From positions 325,624,001-325,688,000 of the forward strand of contig OZ024742.1 of assembly GCA_964016885.1 (NCBI GenBank): 64,000 nt of DNA, written 5' to 3'. Positions 54,796 through 64,000 of the stretch are shown piece after piece. The notes below the pieces were generated by a model, which had not been told where the DNA came from, made no database searches, and was given only the letters and a program-made list of their open reading frames with translations. This stretch comes from Eledone cirrhosa (Eukaryota). Made by a program: the position numbers and the translations under genes. The stretch's first letter is position 1. Every line of letters starts with the position of its first letter.

Positions 54796-55743
54796 AATGA
54801 ATAATAACAGGTAGACATCATAAAAAGGTAGTTTATTCCGTGTGCTTACAAGTGTTTCCACGGTGGTACTGCAGCCTAGTTCCGCTACGTGCAAATTCAC
54901 AAGTATTTGCAGAACTCGAAATGGTATTATATCGGATCTACCACCACATCGTTTAAATCTCGCTGGTACCGTCATCGATTCTCAATCAAACATCAGAATC
55001 ACCGTTTTGTGACCACGCTCGCCAACAAGACCTGGCAACTCCGTGAACACAACCAACAGTTCACCTTAAAATGGGTATACTTTCCAGCGCAAATGCATAT
55101 CGGAGTGGTTTGAAGTACTGCAGGTTATGTAACCTTGAGCTATTTTACATACTAAAATCCAAAAACAAACTACTTAACGATAGAATTGAACGATCATTAT
55201 ACTGCAACCACAAACTAAAAGCTAAATTCTCTCACTATAAAATAACTCAACATTCGAACCCGTAACTACAACACCACTTTCTAGCTAACAACCTTCTCTT
55301 CTCCCCCACACTACAAGACAATACACTGCTTATCACTATACATGGTAACTCAGTACAATTCCTAGATTACTACTACAAAACCAAAAGTTCACTCACCACA
55401 TATACTTTATCTGTCCCCTCTCTACCTATATATCTCTCTCTACATCCATTACACTCTCTCTCTCTCACCTTTGACCTACCTCCCTCTCAACATCTATGAA
55501 CCTGACCTCTGGGGCAATAAATAATTCCGACCTCAACTATCTACGCATCTCTCCAAAAGTAACTAATAAAACCCCTACCATAACATTTTGATTAAGATAT
55601 CTACAAGCCACTCTCTCCTACTTCTCCAACCCCTGCATATCTTTCCTTCTCTCTCCATCTTCCCTACTTTTCTCTCTTCCTGTTCCACTCTATCTTCCCC
55701 AACAACCCCACTTAAGGGTTTTTACATTGTATATTTACCACTC

Positions 55744-55855
55744 TGCTCTGAGGAAACAGTGGTCACAGCATTGGATATTCGAGTTCTGCAAATACTTGTG
55801 AATTTGCACGTAGCGGAACTAGGCTGCAGTACCACCGTGGAAACACTTGTAAGCA
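55744..55855 (+). ncRNA. Type-I hammerhead with a long structured stem II
   Basis: TGCT CTGAGGA AACAGTGGT..ACCACCGTG GAAA CACTTG TA AGCA. Confidence 0.65.
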
Positions 55856-55910
55856 CACGGAATAAACTACCTTTTTATGATGTCTACCTGTTATTATTCA
55901 TTCTTTATAT

Positions 55911-56094
55911 GGCAGTGGATTGGCAGTATCGGTAGAGGGTCGGACGCCATGCTTTCCAGCATAGTTACGTCCCTTTACGATCTGAGTTCAAATCCCGCCG
56001 AGGTTGACTTTGCCTTTCATCCTTACGGGGTCGATAAAATAAAGTACCAGTAATGCACTGGGTAATTGGTGGCCTTGTGCCTAAAGTAGAAACA
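55911..56094 (+). mobile_element. SINE inserted in the PLE end with an 18-bp target-site duplication
   Basis: ATTATTCATTCTTTATAT at 55893-55910 and 56095-56112. Confidence 0.9.
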
Positions 56095-56655
56095 ATTATT
56101 CATTCTTTATATACACTCCGGAATACTGAAGGATCAGGAACTAAGTTTCTTGAACAATTCTTCCATAACTCGTAGAGTAACCTCTTACCGTACGTCAACC
56201 ATATCCAGTGTAGTAATTAACCATCACTACATCTTGGATAATCCTATACCTAATATATATATATATATATTTGCATTACCTGCAAGCAATTTTAAGAATT
56301 TTGCCATTTTACAAGTTTTTCCTGTGTTTCATATACATTACAGCAGTCATAATATTTTTGCTTTAGGTTATTAACGCAAGTAACGAGCCAGTAGGTCTGA
56401 ATATTTTTGAGTTGAAGATATATATAGAAAAGAATTGATGAATAAATACATTATCAGCTACAGAGATGTTATAATAGTATTCAACACGATGTCCTCGAAA
56501 TTGTTTGTATTATAGTATCATAATCACGAAGTCGTGAGTTACTTTTATATTTAAAAATCTTAAGTCTTCACGGAGCACAGAAGCCTCACAGCATTGTATA
56601 TTGACGTACAGGTAAACCTCTATATATGCATACATATATATACACGTATACACGC

Positions 56656-56714
<59 letters not shown>

Positions 56715-56740
56715 CATATATATGTATTTGCATATATATA

Positions 56741-56820
<80 letters not shown>

Positions 56821-56847
56821 TGTATACATATATATATATATGTATAC

Positions 56848-56935
<88 letters not shown>

Positions 56936-57784
56936 ATATATATATATATGTATATTATATATACATATATAAAGAGAGAAAGAGAGGGATAGTGAGAGAG
57001 AGAGAGAAAGAGAGTTAGAAAGAATGGATAAAGAGTACTCGGATAGGACAACTACAGAGAAGATTTACATATTTAACGCTTAATAAACGAGAAGTAGTGG
57101 TAGAGTTGAAATATTTCTGACGTTTGTCCTTCATCCAAAAAGGTAAATGAAATATTTAAAATAAATAGAAAAATAAACGAGAGTAAGAGAAGAAACGGGG
57201 AGAAATGCATTTTTGGAAAGTTTATGGCGTGAGAGTTTAGACAAACATTTTTTAGAAGTGCGATCTTATATATCAGAATGTATCTTATATACATGATTGG
57301 TTTTGAAAGAGAAATATTTGTCGAGTTTTTTAAGTGGAAATGTGCGCGTATGCATATTATGTATGTGTGACTGTTTGTGAAAAGCTGTGAAAGCCGGTTG
57401 GTCACACCCTGACGAAGTTAACGTTGTCTTTGAGAATATAAAGGTGTGAGGCTGTGCATGCGCGTTGACTGATTAACGGCGGGAATGGCAATGTTTTCCG
57501 ATTGGGTATGTTTGTAAGCATACATTTGTGTGCATGTATGTATTCATACGCACAGGTGTGAGCGCTATTGCTATGTTTGTGTACCTCCGCGTACTTATAT
57601 GTAAGACCACATAAGTAGAAGCAGCAACATCACGTGGACAATGTTATTTAATACATTTAACATATTGCATGCATTGAATATGGAAATATGAAAAATCCTT
57701 ATATCTCAGGAGAAATGTTCTGCATAATTATGTATTACAAACGATATATTACAAACGTATTACAAACGATGTATATCCGTATTT

Positions 57785-57825
<41 letters not shown>

Positions 57826-57827
<2 letters not shown>

Positions 57828-58918
57828 GATGGTTGCTGGACACTACGGCTCAATACGGGATGTTTGTTTACAAACACACCGAGCATTATAATAAATGTTC
57901 GGTGAATACATACGTACATATATATATGTGTGCATGTATGTATATATATATATACATACTACTGTACGTCTGTGTATATATATATATATATATGTACGTG
58001 TACATACTTATATTTAAGTAACAGCCGTATTAAGAGTGGGAAATGAAATTTCGTTTCATTTTATCCGTTTATCGTTTTCGGTGCACCCGGCCGATTAACC
58101 CACTCGATATGCAAATTGGGCTACTCAGCAGTTAATATGCATAAGGTAAGTGTATACTTTCAACAATCTGGCAGGAAGGTATACGTTGCAGACGATAGCT
58201 AATAAGCTTGAAACTAGTACAGCGTTCCTTTATCAGTGTTGAACAAACGAGCAACGATGGTTGCTGGACACTACGGCTTAAAACGGGATGTTTGTTTACA
58301 AACACATCGACCATTATAATAAATGTTCGGTGAATCCATACGTACATATATATATGTGTGCATGTATGTATATATATATATACATACTACTGTACGTCTG
58401 TGTATATATATATATATGTACGTGTACATACTTATATTTAAGTAACAGCCGTATTAAGAGTGGGAAATGAAATTTCGTTTCAACTTTTCTGTTTATCGTT
58501 TTCGGTGCACCCGGCCGATTAACCCACTCGATATGCAAATTTGGCTACTCAGCCGTTCATATGCATAAGGTAAGTATATACGTTCAACAATCTGGCAGGA
58601 AGGTATACGTTGCTGACGATAGCTGATAAGCTTGAAACTAGTACAGCGTTCCTTTGTCAGTGTTGAACAAACGAGCAACGATTGTTGCTGGACACTACGG
58701 CTTAATACGGGATGTTTGTTTACAAACACACCGAGCATTATAATAAATGTTCGGTGAATCCATACGTGCATATATAAATATGTGTGCATGTATGTATATA
58801 TATATATACATACTACTGTACGTCTGTATACATATATATATGTACGTGTACATACTTATATTTAAGTAACAGCCGTATTAAGAGTGGGAAATGAAATTTC
58901 GTTTCATTTTTTCCATTT
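57826..58918 (+). repeat. Tandem array of ~425-bp HHR-containing units (about 2.5 units); retrozyme-like
   Basis: ACGAT(G/T)GTTGCTGGACAC at 57826, 58254 and 58678. HHR motifs at 58183-58225 and 58607-58649. Confidence 0.9.
58607..58649 (+). ncRNA. Minimal type-I hammerhead ribozyme, intact
   Basis: ACGTTG CTGACGA T AGCT-GATA-AGCT T GAAA CTAG TA CAGCGT. Confidence 0.8.
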
Positions 58919-58923
58919 ATATA

Positions 58924-58978
<55 letters not shown>

Positions 58979-58979
58979 T

Positions 58980-59019
<40 letters not shown>

Positions 59020-59051
59020 CATATACATATATACATATATATATATATATT

Positions 59052-59109
<58 letters not shown>

Positions 59110-59110
59110 C

Positions 59111-59960
<850 letters not shown>

Positions 59961-59961
59961 C

Positions 59962-62192
<2,231 letters not shown>

Positions 62193-62197
62193 TATAT

Positions 62198-62586
62198 AAA
62201 CGGAATATATGTATACAGACGGACAGTAGTATGTATACATATATATATACATACATGCACACATATATATGTACGTATGGATTCACCGAACATTTATTAT
62301 ATTGCTCGGTCTGTTTGTAAACAAACATCCCGTATTAAGCCGTAGTGTCCAGCAACCATCGTTGCTCCTCTGTTCAACACTGACAAAGGAACGCTGGACT
62401 GGTTTCAAGCTTATTAGCTATCGTCAGCAATGTATACCTTCCTGCCAGATTGTTGAATGTATATACTTACCTTATGCATATTAACGGCTGAGTAGCCCAA
62501 TTTGCATATCGAGTGGGTTAATCGGCCGGGTGCACCGAAAACGATAAACGGAAAAAATGAAACGAAAATATACAGACGTACAGTAG

Positions 62587-62656
<70 letters not shown>

Positions 62657-62660
62657 CATG

Positions 62661-62724
<64 letters not shown>

Positions 62725-63190
62725 CATGCACACATATATATATGTACGTATGGATTCACCGAACATTTATTATAATGCTCGGTGTGTTTGTAAGTAACAG
62801 ACGTACTAAGAGTGGGAAATGAACATTTTTCCGTTTATCGTTTTCGGTGCACCCGGCCGATTAACCCACTCGATATGCAAATTGGGCTACTCAGCCGTTA
62901 ATATGCATAAGGTAAGTATATACGTTCAACAATCTGGCAGGAAGGTATACGTTGCTGACGATAGCTAATAAGCTTGAAACTAGTACAGCGTTCCTTTGTC
63001 AGTGTTGAACAAACGAGCAACGATGGTTGCTGGACACTACGGCTTAATACGGGATGTTTGTTTACAAACACACCGAGCATTATAATAAATGTTCGGTGAA
63101 TCCATACGTACATATATATATGTGTGCATGTATGTATATATATATACATTCTACTGTACGTCTGTATACATATATGTATGTACGTGTACA
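62198..63190. repeat. Second cluster of the ~425-bp HHR unit (minus strand 62198-62790, plus strand 62791-63190)
   Basis: Minus-strand HHR at 62391-62433 (CTGACGA..GAAA CCAG TC CAGCGT). Intact plus-strand HHR at 62949-62991. Confidence 0.88.
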
Positions 63191-63747
63191 TACTTGCATA
63201 TATATATATATACATACATATATATATATATATATGTGTGTGTGTGTATGTGTGTGTGTATTTATGTATGTATCTATGTATATATTCATTGTATCTATGT
63301 ATATATTCATTTAGACATCTCTCTAGGAGAAGATCACTCTGCTATGAAATCTAGGACATCGTTTGCATCCAATGAAGTAGACAATTTCTTCTTTTTCAGC
63401 AAATGCATTCGATGTTCAGAGAGTTGGAATGCTCACGTGCAAAGACTTTCCTCACTTTAAAAAGCTTCAAGCATAGACACCGCTTCAGAAGTGACATGTT
63501 TTGCAATGCATCTTGTTCCTGGCATAGGCAAGTCCCTAGCATATCTAAAGTGCCACGTCCGTGATGCACATGCTTAAGTATCAAGCGACGGCTCTGCTCG
63601 AAATCGAGTTGCAGCCATCATCATGTATGTATGTGTGTATCGGGGTCGGGTTTCCCTTAAAAGCTAGTGGAGATATTAGAGCATAGCACGAAATACTTAT
63701 TTTATTGTATTTAGTTCGGAGAAGGAATACGACCATTTAAGCCATGC

Positions 63748-63789
<42 letters not shown>

Positions 63790-63801
63790 GTTATTGTTAT
63801 T

Positions 63802-64000
63802 CCTTGAATCTCAGTCATTGATGTTGGTTAACTGGAAAGTCCGTTGGATTGAATATCAAGCCACTACCTGCAGCCTCAGATATTCAGGACGTATCGGAGG
63901 GTTCTTGCCGTTCCAAGCAAGCATGCCTTTTGAAGCGTTCCAAAAAGCGTGAAGGGGCCGATTTTCTTTAACCATCCCTGGAAACCTTTGGAGATAGTCC
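63802..64000 (-). mobile_element. 3' end of an R4/Dong-like (RLE) non-LTR retrotransposon abutting (TAA)n
   Basis: Minus strand TISKGFQGWLKKIG..LQKACLLGTARTLRYVLNI* (stop at 63876-63878), a short 3' UTR, then (AAT)n at 63749-63801. Confidence 0.75.

Larger units (their letters stand above)
54789..56250 (+). mobile_element. 5'-truncated PLE with inverted terminus, GIY-YIG remnant and HHR
   Basis: 54789-54920 is inverted at 55778-55909. YYIGSTTTSFKSRWYRH..CRLCNLE..CNH at 54921-55265. The right boundary is approximate. Confidence 0.85.

Overview
AT-rich, microsatellite-dense animal genomic DNA. A cephalopod/octopus origin is my inference from the tRNA-derived SINE family and the (TA)n density. 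I found no host gene. The window is mostly mobile DNA. (1) Many Penelope-like element (PLE) pieces sit in (TA)n tracts: one near-full-length RT+GIY-YIG copy in partial tandem (30.8-36.0 kb), several 5'-truncated or inverted copies, and short palindromic termini. (2) There are two decayed Rep/PIF1 Helitrons on the minus strand (26.2-30.5 kb and 42.0-48.7 kb) plus a non-autonomous one. (3) The rest is mariner/pogo-type MITEs, RTE-like and R4/Dong-like LINE fragments and SINEs. The signal the ORF track cannot show is RNA structure: more than 15 type-I hammerhead-ribozyme (HHR) motifs, intact or decayed, from several families, some with a U3-A8 variant core. The most notable is a ~425-bp non-coding tandem repeat with one HHR per unit (57.8-58.9 and 62.2-63.2 kb). 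It looks like a metazoan non-LTR retrozyme derived from a PLE pseudo-LTR. All motifs, folds and boundaries were read by eye and are approximate; no search or folding program was run.
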